Below, piece after piece: positions 1 through 13,476 of a stretch of 64,000 nt of DNA. The position numbers were made by a program, and so were the translations under genes. The stretch covers positions 24,557,538 to 24,621,537 of the forward strand of contig OZ316895.1 of the NCBI GenBank assembly GCA_973895155.1. Direction: 5' to 3'. Within the stretch, counting starts at the first letter, position 1; the number at the start of each line of letters is the position of its first letter. The notes below the pieces were generated by a model. That model did not search any database. It saw nothing but the letters and a program-made list of their open reading frames with translations, and was not told where the DNA came from. This stretch comes from Marsupella aquatica (lineage: Eukaryota > Plantae > Marchantiophyta).

Positions 1-3000
1 CTGTAGCCCACCTGTAGGGTTATGTAATTTCAAGCACAATTCTCAGGTAAAAAATTGAGAGAAATTATACTTGGTGTTTATGTGTGTTAATCTATGGCTA
101 TTTGGGGCCATGGCTGTAACCTTCTCAGGCTCACGGTCTTCAGGAATTACATCTCACAATCCCCTTGGAGGGGGAGTGATGGGTTACCGTACATGTTAAG
201 GTCATGCGTTCACTTACTAGAGTCTTTGCCCTGTTACTCCTATTTCTCAAATGGAAAGCTGGGCAGCATGGCAAACAGAACATAAATATCAGGTCCAATT
301 ATAAGTGAACACAGCACCTGGAAGTACTATCAAACTCATATGGTACGCTTATGATTATACGGCCTCCTGTATTTCTTGTAGCTATGCCTCCTAAAGGGGA
401 CAATATACCCTTAATCCCATACGTTTCGTCATACATGCGCATTTCCAGGACTATACTCCACTTGGAGCATAGTGAAGCTCGCGATGATTAGTGTGAGAAA
501 CGAAAGGTTAGAAGGCGGGGGGCAGCCAGTGCCCACTACTCCGGAGGGGGACCATACAGCATGGGACCGCCACCTAACAGCCGCTGCCAACAGAAACGAC
601 CCCCATGTGTAAAAAGTCGATCACGAGCAGAGCTGATTCGTGTTGTTCACGACATTTCATGGTGAGGGCGAGAGTGATGTGCGGAAGGCAGATATGGGGG
701 AGTGAGCGACTGCGGACGATGCTGAATTGCTGAGAGCGGCGAGATATATCACACTGCCACTGCCAAAAAGACAGGAGCGCCAAACCGGGAGACACGGAGA
801 CATGATCCCAAAGGCAAAAGGCAGGAAGAGCACCGGTCGCGGGTGTCATTAAGTTGTAGCTGGCTAGCTTGGCCGGCCATCGCTTGGAGGCTTCCCTTCG
901 TCGGCACTCGGCAGCCGGCTGCAGTGTCTCAACTCTAGCCGGTGTTGGTAGAATCGTTGAGTACTGTTGGTGTAATCGTCGAGTTGTGAATTGTTACATA
1001 GCTGCTGCGTGTTGCGGGGTGCAATTGCCAATGCACTGTTACTGTAGCCGCACCTGCTTGCCTGCCAGCCAGGGAGGTCGATCGAGGTCGAGGCTGGCCT
1101 CCTTTGGGAGTGAGCGTGTGTCCATTCCGACTTCTCAATTCAGTCATCAGTCATCATCAAGAATGATGTCGGCTGCTATGATCATGGACCGCGAATATTA
1201 CCAATGGCTTGTTTTAATGCGACGCTTCGGAGCCTGTTGAAGCGTAGTGAGGCCGTCAGCATTGCGGTAAAAGTTGCGTAGGAGGGGAAGCAAGCCTACG
1301 GCAACAAGTGGATCCCGCAGTATTCGGCTTTCGTTCGGGTGGATTTTCATTCCGTTCCTCGCCCAATGACTGCCTACGAAATTGAAACGGAGAAATTTGC
1401 GTCTGCAGCCTCCGGCCACAATCCAACCCCCTAGCTCTTCTTCGCCTGTTCTAATCAATTCTGTTCTTCTCCGTCCGTCTCGTCGTTCCCACCGGGTTTT
1501 TATTTTCAGTTGGCAGTTTCTCGAGATTGGGACTCAGGATTTGCTCTCCGAAAATATTCGGCGTCCTCATAGACTGTGAGTTAATCATGATCTTCTCCTG
1601 AAATATGCTGTGCTTGAAACAATCTTGTCTGCTGGTTTTTGCTGTCAGCTTCCCGGTTTATGCATGTTGAATCGGACGACGTGCTCCTCGTTTTCAATCA
1701 CCTTCTCAGACATTGTGAGCCAATCGCGGTCATCTCCTGGGTCAACCTCTGTCCGCTCAGTGTCGATCCTGTCCGCTCAGTGTGACGAATTTCGAAACTG
1801 AAATGGATTTCTATAATTCTTGGTCTGTTCGTGTTCTCCTGAATCACTATCCGTCTTTGAGGTGCCAGTCTGCACTGGTTGGTTTCATTTTAAGTCACAA
1901 TGCCCGAATTAGAACGGAGCATTAATAACGTGCTCTGCATCTGCTCGAATCGTGTTAGTCAATTCCTGCGTTGATTCCGATCTTCTGATTGGGGGATGCA
2001 TGCAGACTCGAAAAGCAGAAGAGAACTGAGAAACTTTGTGAATATTCGGTCGCTTCTTCTCGTTTGATTGGGGATGCTGATGAGCATATCTCTAAACCCG
2101 TGGCTCGTTTTCATTGTAGACCGTCGGCAGGCAAAGGACCGATCGAGAAATAGACGGCAGCCCCGGTTGGAAAGAGTTCAGCGACCAATATATGGTTTGT
2201 CCGGGGGCGTCTACGGGGGTATCTCCCAATGAGCTGTTCTACGGAGATGCTCTTCCGATTTGGATGGCTGAACCCCCGCCAGAGCCTGCAATCATCATAC
2301 CCGGAGGAAATGCTCCTCATAGAGATTGTTCTCCGCGGTGAAGTCGCAGGTATGGGGCTTGTAAAGGTACTGGAACTGCCTCGGATTTGTTTACCGGAGA
2401 AACACCGAGGAGGGATGCTAAAATCGTCCCCAGCCCACCAATCCTTCTGTGAATCACTGGGGCGCGTGCTGGAATCGTCTTCTGGAATTGGCCGACAGCA
2501 GGCCCCTGCCTCGTCCCACAGCTGATTGTACATATTGTTGGGTTACTGTCCGGAACTTGTGGTCCATATCCAGGAGCCAGATTAGTCATTTGAACAGAGC
2601 TGTAATTCGTAAACCAAGACAACGGAACGAGCTACAGTCTGGGACAACGTCGTTGGCGGAGAGAAAAATGGCAATATGGATTTCTGGGATATGCTACAGT
2701 TCTCGTCGTTGAACAAGTAAGATCAAGTAAAACTGCAAGGAACTGCTTTGAAGCCGTCCGAGAGACGGTCTTCCCAGGACATGCCTTCCGTGAGCTGTAA
2801 TGAACTGCAGAATGGTCGAGCAACAAAACCTGGAGTGCAAATCGGTCCAGCAATGTAGAGCGGATTGCATTCTTAGGCTCAATTTTGCATCCATGAATCG
2901 GGTCGCACAGGGTCTGACAAACATGATTGTACATTATCTCTTATCTGTAAGAATTCTCTTGCACGTGAGACATTCTCATCATTCTTCCTATTTTGCCGGT

Positions 3001-6000
3001 TGCTGAACTCTTCCGGAACGCTATAACAATATTCATTTTATGTGTATCAAATCTCCCGGTCGTGTTGGGTCATTATCGTCGTCCTCATTTATAGCATCTT
3101 TTTGGTGATTGTAACGATGCTAAAGCTTTCAGGCTCGTCAAAAAAAAGACTGGTTATATCCATTTGCAGGCAAGGCCTAGGAGGCTGCCCAATGTTCACT
3201 CTTTTCCTTTAGCCTCCTGGGTCGGGTGTAGCTGATGCATAGAGCTATGAAGTGCTTTATGACCGGACTTATTGAAGATAGCACAGTACTTTTTTGGCAG
3301 GTACATTTACATAGGATTTACATTATTTAGTTCGTCCTCACTTCAGTGCCTTTCGAAGAAGTGATGCCCTGAGTCTGTCCTATGTGATAGTTGGTACTCT
3401 GCCGCCCCTGTAAGCCACTTATAAGGTAAGCGCAGGAGACGCTGACTATTATTTGCTCTCCTTACTGAATGAATTGTACGTGTTGCGTATAGAGAGGCTG
3501 TTTTGTAACAAAAAGTTTCGTAGGCCTTAGCAAGTCAGGTGATACATGGACAGTGAGTGTACTGCCTGGATCGATTTCGCAATGCTTGTTTGATAGCAAT
3601 GTTGGCCTTCATCCTAGTGGATACCGTGGACCACTGGAAGGCAAATCTAGACAATCTTACCCTAGTTATGTCAGTGTTGTCGCAGCTTTTCTAACACAAC
3701 TTGATTTGTGAACATGCACAGTACAACAACTATCCCAGTTTGGGAAAAGGAGCGACAAAGCAATTCAAGAAGCTTGGAATGATTGCTGTCACTCTGAACA
3801 TCATAAATTCATAATGGCTCTTTAGCACTGACGTCGGTACATGAGTTCTGGTGCAGATGACAGTAGTAACTGCAGTTCGAAATGAAGACATTCGCTTCAC
3901 TGCAGGAGCAGCAAAGCATATCATTATCTCGAGCATCTTGGGAGAACAATTTATATTCACGAAACCAGAGATTTTGATCAAACCGTGATGTGATTTGCTA
4001 ACAAAGTAGCCCATTGCATGGAAACTTGCGAATTTCAATTGTGAGTAAAGGTATGAGACACCTAGGCATACGGTTGGTCACTTGTTACTTACTCTATGTG
4101 CTCATCAATAAACGGGATCGTATGCAGGCTGAGAGTTTTAAACCACGCCTAGAATTCTAGCAGAACACTTGCAGGGTCCAAATTTCTGAACCCTCCATGG
4201 GCTCCTAGCAGGGGGTTGCATCCCAGCTTGGGCAAAACAAGAGGGCTCAAATCTTACTTATAAAGGGCAAACTCCAAGCTAGAGAGGAGTTTGGGTCTAG
4301 GTGTCTAGAGTGAAGTCTCTAGACCGCAAGTGTCTAGAGTGAAGTCTCTAGACCGTAACTGGATGGTCCACCATGTGGATGAAATTATTCATGGGTATGA
4401 TGTATGTCAAATGATGATTGTGCATGCTCTTTGTCATGGCTCCTATTTACATTTAAACCCGAAGCTCTCATTTTAAAGAACACAGGTTTAGAAATAGACT
4501 TTGAGCTCCACAAAAGGTGCTAGTGTTTCACCTTTTATGGTGAGTACTGAGACATGGAATGAGGCTTTTATAGTGACAGGTCTTTAAAGCTTTTATAGTG
4601 ACAGGTCTGGTTTAAAGTGGTTTAAAGAATGGGTAATCAGGCTCGTATTTCTAAATGCTAGACTCTCAGGATAGTAGCTACTCAAATTGACCACCGTCAA
4701 CACATGAGTGCTATACAACTATATGCTTTCAAATGCATCCGGTAAGACAACATGGTTTGCACGGGGAATCATGACGAAGAGGAAGACTTGACATCATCAT
4801 CAACGTAGCCTAGTGCTTTGAATGTTGGGAGTGTTCCCTATGATGGAAACAGTGATGCACCTTAAGATAGCTGCTTATATGCTCATCATCAGCAAAGGAT
4901 ATCAAACTCATCCTGGCTTCAAGACAGATCGGAAGGGTAGGTTTGTAATATTTTTTGTAATTTTGCGAGATTCATAACCTGACAGGGCAACCACAGCATA
5001 GCTGTTGTCCCCTTGTTACTTACTGACATTATCTGCTCATGAAGTAACTTGTACCACACCTTCAGCATAGCTATTGTCCCAACTTTATCAGCTCATGAAT
5101 GACCATATGGTAGCTGCACTCCAAATGACAGTTTTACCCCACCAAAAACTCATTCAAGCAGGGTACCGTATGTATTGTGCAAGTACACATGGGTAATACG
5201 TGTACTATCTTGATACCTTGTAAGAAAAGACACAACTCACGTTTTAAATCAATGCCACATGGAGATGTTAATAAAGAATCTGTAAATATTCATGGAATAA
5301 GACAGCATAATTCAAGCAAATCCAAAGACAGCATCCACAGAACTATGTCAGAATTCAACCTTGCAAATTCACTATATGGTGGATCCAATAGCCTATAATT
5401 CATGCATGTCAGTGCTACTTTATCCTACATGTTCAATTTGTTCGGCCCGATGGCTATTACCTGCTCTGCCATTCTGATGACTAAGACAAATAATTATGCC
5501 AATTGCAGAGGACTAAACTAGGTCTAATGACCACATCTCCTAGGTGCACACTAGAATGCTTAATCTCAACTAGGATCAGAAATCTAATAGTGTGTGCCTA
5601 AACCCTAAACTTTCGTTGCCAATGTAAGAACCTGATCCTCATAATATAAGTGCATGTGGTTTGGGCAAGAAGAGTCTTTGAAGCCCCTCTGATTTCTTTG
5701 CAAGGAAAAAGAAATAACCACAACAACAAGAAGTCCACTGACAACCATTAAACACAAAGTAGGAAGAGCTCAAAATAAATAGCATTTTCTTCTTTGAAAG
5801 AAGGTGTGCCTATTGTCAGCAAATAATCTAGCATGTAGACTGGTCTTGGCGTCTCCTGGTAGGAGAAATGTCCCCAAATCCACACCACGAATAAACCTCA
5901 GCAGACCAAGTTGAACAGACTCATTGAGTTGTTCAAAGGAATCTATTGAAACCCCAAATATCATGGCTCATAGTAGTCTTTGTGTGAATTGCTTTTTCCG

Positions 6001-6713
6001 GTTCAGTTTCCATGATGCTAAGAAGATAGTGTGAGTACATACCTGAGATTAGGGCAAATGATATGGAGGGGCAGGGAGGGGAGCTACTGTAACGTACACG
6101 TTGCAGACTCTAGTTCCAGCAAGTCTCCAACTTTTAATATACCTTGGCATCTCTGGTCCCAACAAGTCTCACACTTTTAACATCCTTGGCATGCCTACTT
6201 AGTATAATATTCGAGTCCAACAGGGACAGTAGTCTCCTACTTAGTGTAACTAGCCTGATTACCTGGTCCTTGAATGTCAATAAAGACTGAGTTAAGAAAA
6301 ATCCAAAAGAATTTATTATTATTATTTCCGGTTCATTTTTGCTCCTATCCCGGTTTTCTGTATCAATGCATTTTCACTTAAATATCCCTTAACTTAGAGT
6401 CAGTGTCTTGAGGCTTCACTCTAGAATGTAACCATGAAGAGTAAATTTTGAACATGCTTTACTAGTAAAACATTCCTGACCATTCAAACAAGCATGGGCT
6501 ATAGTCCCCTGGGTATGCAGAGTGTAATTTTCAAATCAGACAAGCTTCAGTTGGACAACATTAACTCATGTCACTATTGAGGTTTGTGTCTAAAATTGTA
6601 TAATTATATAAGGGAAGGTCAGACAGTGTTAACTGCATTAACTCACCTCAATATTGAGGTTTATCAAAAATGGCTTGTAGGGGTGGCCCCATTGGTCCAC
6701 AAAATGCTTGTAT

Positions 6714-6736
6714 CAGTCTATTCATTAAAACTGGAA
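6714..6736 (+). repeat. Left terminal inverted repeat
   Basis: CAGTCTATTCATTAAAACTGGAA; the reverse complement of the right end reads CACCCTATTCATTAAAACTGGAA. Confidence 0.85.
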
Positions 6737-6749
6737 AATTATTTGATCT

Positions 6750-6872
6750 TTGGACATTTGGGCACCAAAATATATACTTTTGGGTACAAGAATTGTACAT
6801 TTGGGCAGTGAAAGTTGTATATTTGGGCACAAGATCATGTACATTTGGGGAATCAAGATTGTATATAGGGGA
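6750..6872 (+). repeat. Left subterminal degenerate ~22-bp tandem repeats (TGTACATTTGGGCACAA-like)
   Basis: 5-6 units, e.g. tggacatttgggcaccaaaa, tgtacatttgggcagtgaaa, tgtatatttgggcacaaga, tgtacatttggggaatcaaga. Confidence 0.7.
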
Positions 6873-9410
6873 AAATGAAATATTAATTTGGATTCTAAAG
6901 AAAAACATTTGGGTGATAATAATGTAAAATATGTTGGATAAGAAGTAGAAAATTGATTCAATCTGACTAACTAGTAAGTAAGTAATATAATATAACTAAA
7001 GCTAACTTCAATATGATCTCGACCCTAGCTCAACCTTCTACGTAATAAATGAAAGCATTAATTTATAAACTTGTCAGGATGGTATCTATCCATATTAATT
7101 CAAGTAACTAACTAATTTGTTAGTACATTCTATAGTAAGCAACTCGAGTTGAAACTAAGGTTTACTAGAGGCAGTCACATCCCATCACGGATATGACTTC
7201 TTGTAATATAGTCAGATAGTATTATGTAATTATAATTAAAGCAATTAATATAAAGGTATCCAAGTCCAATTAATACCTCCTGCCCACCTATTCAAACTAG
7301 TCTCCCAAAATATTATAAAAGTTACTTCTAAGATTCACTAGTAACCAACTAGTACGTAAACTAAGACATTCCAAACCAATTGACATACTTAGACTCCCTC
7401 ACTCTGACTACTAGAAAACTTTAATTTGACTTAATGAACAATCCCTTCCATGTAGGTTTTGAGTGTGTTCAAAACATTCTTGGGAATGGTCAAACCTCTA
7501 TCAATTATATTTTCTTCTCTAGAGCGTGACTTGAATCCATACATAGCAGAATTAGCAAATTGCCAACGTTCAGTGGCACTGTCAAACCCAGGATCCATCT
7601 CCCAAGTCTTAGTAGTCTGAAAGCAACGTGAATATCGTACATGATCCAGTGCATCATGTTTACCATGTTTAGGCCTCCACCATTGCACTTGGAACATAGG
7701 AGCATACCTTGTACTAGTAGAAATACTGTTATTGCATTGCAAGTCTCCTGAAGGAACTTCATGGTTTGGGTCCACAACACCCAAAGCTCTCACCAACCAG
7801 AAAAGTTTTTTGCCATTCTTCTTTTCCCATTCATCCTTTGGACGAAGAAATACAAAGTGGCCCTCTTGAATGTCCTGGAGAGGAATCCAACGGGCAAGTT
7901 CTCGCTCGTGTCGAGTGCCAACAAATGGTGCAGTTTGATCCTCCATCTCTTCCAGGTACTCATTCTGAAGCTCCACCATTTCTGGATTCTGTGTACTACT
8001 ACTAGGTTCCCCCAATGGTTCAGAGGTTCCTGTACTATTCACCTTGTAACCAGTTCCGTGGTTGGTTTTTGGCCAAAACTCATATGTCAATGCCAACTGT
8101 ATTTCGGCCTCCCCTTCAATTGTAAGCTCCCCAGATAATACTTGCACCACCATTTCCCAATATTTCACCAAAGGAAACCTCTCACGATATGCTGTAGAGG
8201 TCTCATCCTTACAACTCTTCTTCAAAAACTCGATGTAACGATTAAGGAATGGGATGATTTCTTCAACCTTGCCTCGTACATCCCCGGAGATGGGTTTTGC
8301 AAACGGTTGACCTTCTGGTAAAATGAGAGCATTGGTGTTGGAATCAGTTCTCCAAATGGACCTTCCGGTTGAAGGGTACCAAGGTTGTTTCACATGTGCT
8401 TTGTATTGATATATTGGAACATTATCTCTCATAGAGAAAAGAAATGCCACTGGTTTTGAGTGACCCTCTATGTCTTTTACCTTGAAAGTTTTCAAAAACT
8501 CTTTGTAAGCTGCAACCTCTTGAATCAACCGTGGAACACGATGAATGCTTTCACACTCCCAAACCTCAGCCATCAACCCCAAGAGGGTAGAAACCTCCTT
8601 GTACTTCACTTGGTTGGATACTTTTGAAAACAATGCATCAACATCCTCATGGGTGTGACCAACCATGAGAAATGACATCTGCACTGTTTCAAAGACCCCT
8701 CTACTAACAAGCTCACTGCAAAATGTCATCACGTACTGGTTTTTGTTATCTTTCCCTGAATTATCCATTTGCAAGGTCAGGTGCCTTGGCAATGGTTTGA
8801 AAGAGGTAGCAGCCTTGGGATCAATACCAAACTCGTCATCCACCACATTTGATAACCCAATATCTTGGTCATCTTCAGCTCCTTGAAATCTAGCAATTGA
8901 GACTTTTTTGGGTTCTAAGTACCCTGCAAGAAATGCTTCAAAGTCCAAAAGAGATTGAAAAATTGGCCTCGTTGCAGCCCAATATAACCCTTCAAGGAGG
9001 TCTCCAGATTTGTCCCCCTTGTAATCCTCCAGATCTCTAAGGCACTTGGCCAACGATGTCACTATGAAGTCTACATCTCCTGGCCAAAGCCCAGTGAAAC
9101 TGAAGTGAGCATACACTCCGGGATCCCTTTTGTGGGTCAACATCCCAGTGAGCGCAATGGGGAGAGGTTGACCACTGCCGGACAATGATTTAGGAGTGGG
9201 GACCAACCTAGGGATCCATGTCTTGGCTTGGTCCATCTTGTCATGTATAATGCAAAGATAGTTCTCAGGATCCTTCTTCGCAAGAACCCTGTGAGCATAG
9301 TAAACATATCTCCTAGACATTTGCTCATGAAGATGACGAGCTCTTCTTTCCTCAATCTCTAAACGCTCTTTCTTTCTCTTCTCACGCATCAACTGATCTT
9401 TGAACTCAGT

Positions 9411-9707
9411 CTCGGGGGTTTCACTTCCACAAAAATGGCATATCACGTGCGACGAAGGATAGGGTCATTTTATTGGTTCTAAGGGAAGACTTAAGAATTT
9501 TTGTAGAAGAACAATAGGGTCTTTTAAATTCAATTTTGAGACTTATAAGAACATTAGGGTCTTTTTAATCCATTTTTTAGAATATTCCAAGAATATTCCA
9601 ACTTTATAGGGGTTAAAAAATAAATTTTTTTTCTTACATTTTAGGGGGTTCGAGGCCTAAAAACGTCGCAGGCGATAGGGAGGTCCCCATATAGTGAGAC
9701 CCCTGAG
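9411..9707. mobile_element. 297-bp MITE inserted in the transposase
   Basis: 8-bp TSD AACTCAGT (9403-9410, 9708-9715); 15-bp TIR CTCGGGGGTTTCACT vs CTCAGGGGTCTCACT (13/15); AT-rich interior. Confidence 0.9.
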
Positions 9708-10519
9708 AACTCAGTGCAAAGTGTACACTTTGCAAATGCACTACCCTTGTGAAAGTCAAAATTCATGAAGGACTCACTCCAGAGTTTATACATAGTGTTT
9801 TCACTCACCTTCACGTAGCCATCTAATTCCATCTTGGAGTACACCTCAAAAATCTCTTTCTTCGTGAAACAAGATGGAAGTCTATACTCAACCGTGTCAG
9901 TACCATGAGACCCTCCATAGGGTAGATGCGGCATGGGTTCTCCGTTTTGGGTTAGAATGGACTCCAACAAAGCACGAGCGTGCAAGGTGCTTCCCCGTGT
10001 CTTGTGTGAACCCTTGTTTCCATGGAATCCAACCTTGCAACCTGCTTTGTATTGATTTTTGTAATCATAATACTTGGCAGTGCTGAATCCATGCATTTTA
10101 ATAAATGCACCCTTGCATACACGTCGACCTCTTACAACAAAATATCCTTTTGTCTCCACTTCCTTCTCCCTGCAACCAAAAAGAGTGAAAATGTGACTGG
10201 TTTTGTTGTCGTTTGACATCCCATGGTATTCCCTCCTTATCGCCTGTAGGTCTTCTCTCGGCATGTTGAGGCAACACTTCAACTTACAACAACCTTCTCT
10301 TTGGATGGAATCAATTTCCTCCTCTGTGATTTTCAGAATTGCCCTCGACTCCAGGTGCTTCTTCCTTTTTTCATCAGGGTTCCCCTTCGTTCTCTTGATG
10401 AAATTATAAGGCCGTTTTGAAAACTCAGTGTGACCATTCATATCTACCTCTAGACAATCTCGACCATCAATAATTGGCTCGGGAGAAACCTCTCCAATGA
10501 GATCCAGAAGAAAAATCCC

Positions 10520-11440
10520 CCTTGATATCAGCACAAGTGAACGGATGGCCCACCTAACAAGACCGGGCACTCCGGGGGAGATATTCGGGAAAAATTGAGG
10601 GTCAATCACGCCTGTGACAACAACCCCAACGTGATCTGGCCCAAGAACCTCATCATCAATGGCACCGGACTCGAAAGGAACTGTGATGATGCCAAGCCCG
10701 ACCTTGGTCCGATTATCATCAACATACAATTCCACTTCCTCCGCCATCCAGTTCGAATGCAAACTATAATCTTTGAAATTATCATTTCCAAAAACATCCC
10801 GTGCGGACGGCTCATCTAGTAAATCATGGGAAGAACTCCTTTGATGAACATTCCTTAAATTCCAGATTACAAAATTGTCCAATCCTTCCTGAACGGTATC
10901 GGCTCCAGCGTGCGGAAAGGGTAACCTCTCCATTCCTTGAACAACTTCACATATCTTCACACTAATCCTATCAGGGCCAAGTCTTTCATTGTGACAAGTG
11001 TCATCGGGATTCATCTTGAATACAAATCCTCGACACACAATCTGATTTCCAATCGAGAGCTCCACTTCATCGCCATCTGTAATTGAGTCTCCCAAACTTC
11101 CCACCGCAGATTTGTCAGGTAAGCAATTGGGAAATGTATCATTTGTAGAACATGTAGCATCCACTTGTGTCATCGCTGGAGTTGACTGTGACCTCAAATA
11201 TGTGAAAGAGGCATCCCAAATAATGCAGGAGTCTACAGCATCAAAAAGTGTCCTGATCGGTGGCAACGGGAATGGAATTTCTCGAGATCCATCATAGCAC
11301 CTCTCAATAAGAACTCCTATACGATTAATACCCAAATCAACGTTACGCACTGAGTCACCGGGGTCAACCTTAAGGACTGTTCCAGAGGCAACTTCAACTC
11401 CGTCAAGTAAGAGGGAAACCTCGTCTCCTCGAAAGAATAT
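10520..11440 (-). other. Three tandem Tnp1/En-Spm-like (Transposase_23-type) domains at the transposase N-terminus
   Basis: Three units with the pattern V(A/C/G)xG…LG…(I/V)xV…P…(I/V)xW: VASGTVLKVDPGDSVRNVDLG…IPFPLPPIRTLFDAVDSCIIWD; VCRGFVFKMNPDDTCHNERLG…LPFPHAGADTVQEGLDNFVIWN; VGLGIITVP…VLGPDHVGVVV…GLVRWA. Confidence 0.65.
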
Positions 11441-11542
11441 CCCCATTTGGAAAAGATGTTCCAAACAGGAAGCTGTTGTACCTCGAGATGATCTCAAGGT
11501 AAAGTGACTAGCAAAAACAAACCAACTGAACTAGCAGTAACA

Positions 11543-11777
11543 GATTAAGAAGTCTTTAGCTCGAGACAATCTCGAGGTAAAGAAAGGACCACAAAAATCA
11601 CGAGATATAGATTAACAAAGTCTTCAGCTCGAGACGATCTTGAGGTAAGTAATGGACCACAAAAACCACGAGATATAGATTAACAAAGTCTTCAGCTCGA
11701 GACGATCTTGAGGTAAAGAATGGACCACAAAAACCATGAGATATAGATTAACAAAGTCTTCAGCTTGAGACAATCCA
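11543..11777 (+). repeat. 68-bp tandem repeat (~3.5 units), each carrying the element palindrome, upstream of the transposase
   Basis: Unit gattaacaaagtcttcagctcgagacgatcttgaggtaaagaatggaccacaaaaaccacgagatata; palindromes at 11559, 11627, 11695 and 11763 (partial). Confidence 0.9.
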
Positions 11778-13476
11778 CATGAAGAGGGAATTCTATACTT
11801 CCAACGATCAATAATCCACCCTAGAAGAAGAACTATGAAGTGCATAGAAACAACAGCTCATAATAACTCCTCAGAGAAGCATGAACTCACGCAAGAGAAG
11901 GAAAGATACTTAAATACTTGTGGATTTAAAGGAGCTAGAAACAAAAACAGACAATTCCCAAGAAGATACCTAAAGCTTGAGACGATCTCGAGCCACAAAT
12001 GACACTCTAATTGAAAAATATGTTGTTATGATTGAGGAGCTCTAGATGATCTAGAGGTAAAAGTTTGACATTGAAATACATAAAGTAGGCTTATAGAAGA
12101 CTAATGAGAAATAGCTTAAAAAAAAGAGAAAAGGTTCACAAATGGATTCTGAGTGACAATGTTTTAAGCATAAATGGTTTGGTATTCTAAAAGGTATGGG
12201 TTCAATTATTTTAGACCAACTTCATGGCTTCAAATGAGAATGTCTCCAAAACCAAATAAACAACTGAGAGAGAAAGGACTTCGAGAAAAAATCTAGAGCC
12301 AGAGAACAGGGAGCGAGAGGCAGGGGCAGGAAGAGGGATAAGAGAGAGAATGAGGGGAGCAGGAAGCGAGCAATGAAACAATATCTGAAGAATGACCCGA
12401 TGGAGAGGAAAACGAGCAATATATAAAATCCTGCCTGACCAGACGGCTCTGTCAAACCAATGGCAAGGATGAACTAGCGGCAGGGTGAAGTACAGACCGC
12501 AATAATGATGGTACGTGTGACAGCACCGTCATCATGACTCAACTCAAGATTCACTCCCACGCATGGGCGCGTGGCATCCTGCACGTGGCCGGGCATCCGT
12601 CGTCGGGCACCCCAGCCTGACTCAGGGCCGACCGAGCGGCTTATAGTCCACATTCGCAACGTCGCCACCCTCATTTGCACATTTGCCTCCCTGCCTACCT
12701 CCCCTCCGCGCCTCACTCGCCTCTTGCTTGCTGCCTCTAGATATTTTGTCACTTTTGCCTCTAGATCGTCATTTTTTCCTCGAGACTTGTTTAGGGTCAA
12801 GATCCCCTTTGAGCCTCGAGATATTTTATAGCCGTTTGGATTGAGATTTTCTTGTGAGCCTCGAGATAATATTTTCTTATATCACCCAGATCTAGTATCC
12901 ACTATCCAGTAGCCATGTCGACCGTTGTAGATTTCTCCAAGGACAACTTCGCCGAGTACGACGCATCAACTGTAGCGATGGAGCTTCAGACCCTTCTAGA
13001 TTCATCATAGAACATCCACCGCACTATCAAACGTAATATATTATCTTTTCTCATTGTTAGATGGAGGTTTGGCTCGAGATCATCTCGAGCTTCAAATCAT
13101 ACTTGGTTTTTGATCCACTTGAGGGTCGAGATCATCTCGAGCCGATTGATATTTTCTGCATTACTTTGCTTCAAGAGGTGGCTTCGAAGTGAACAAGTTT
13201 ATCGTTTGTAACTGAGATTAGGCTCGAGATCGTCTCGAGCCTAATATCCACAAAGTTAAGAGGTTTCTGTCATTTTCATATTGATGTATCTGTCAGATTG
13301 CTGTATCTGTCATGCTGTATCTGTCATGCTGTATCTGTCAAATACTAACAGCATATCCAAAAGGGATTATGGAAAAGGCAGATTTAGATTCCTATTGAAT
13401 ATGTTGTTCGTATTTGACTTATGTTTTGTTATTTCCGATGGAAAACAATATCCTTCGGAAACCAACATCATATCGA

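Larger units (their letters stand above)
7431..11446 (-). pseudogene. DDE transposase (~1240 aa when reconstructed), interrupted by a MITE at 9411-9707
   Basis: ORFs 9641-11497 and 7431-9446 join in frame (…AKCTLCTEFKDQLMREK…) after removing the insert plus one TSD copy. Catalytic-type motifs IIHDKMDQ, LQMDNSGKDNKN and FLMVGHTHEDVDALFS. Cys-rich GCCKLKCC…RRVCKGAFIKMHG region. Start codon uncertain (first ATG at 11446; an upstream exon is possible). Confidence 0.85.

Noticed and set aside
850-3500. Gene-like region (CT-rich leader, possible introns, ORFs 2111-2533 and 2229-2525)
   Set aside because: No recognisable protein or RNA motif; could be a UTR or lncRNA but cannot be supported from sequence alone
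5770-5900. Minus-strand PRPVYMLDY resembling the KCS N-terminal motif
   Set aside because: Similarity does not extend and the frame has multiple stops
11543-11777. CRISPR-like appearance of regularly spaced palindromes
   Set aside because: The spacers are near-identical to each other (simple tandem repeat), the context is eukaryotic and there are no cas genes
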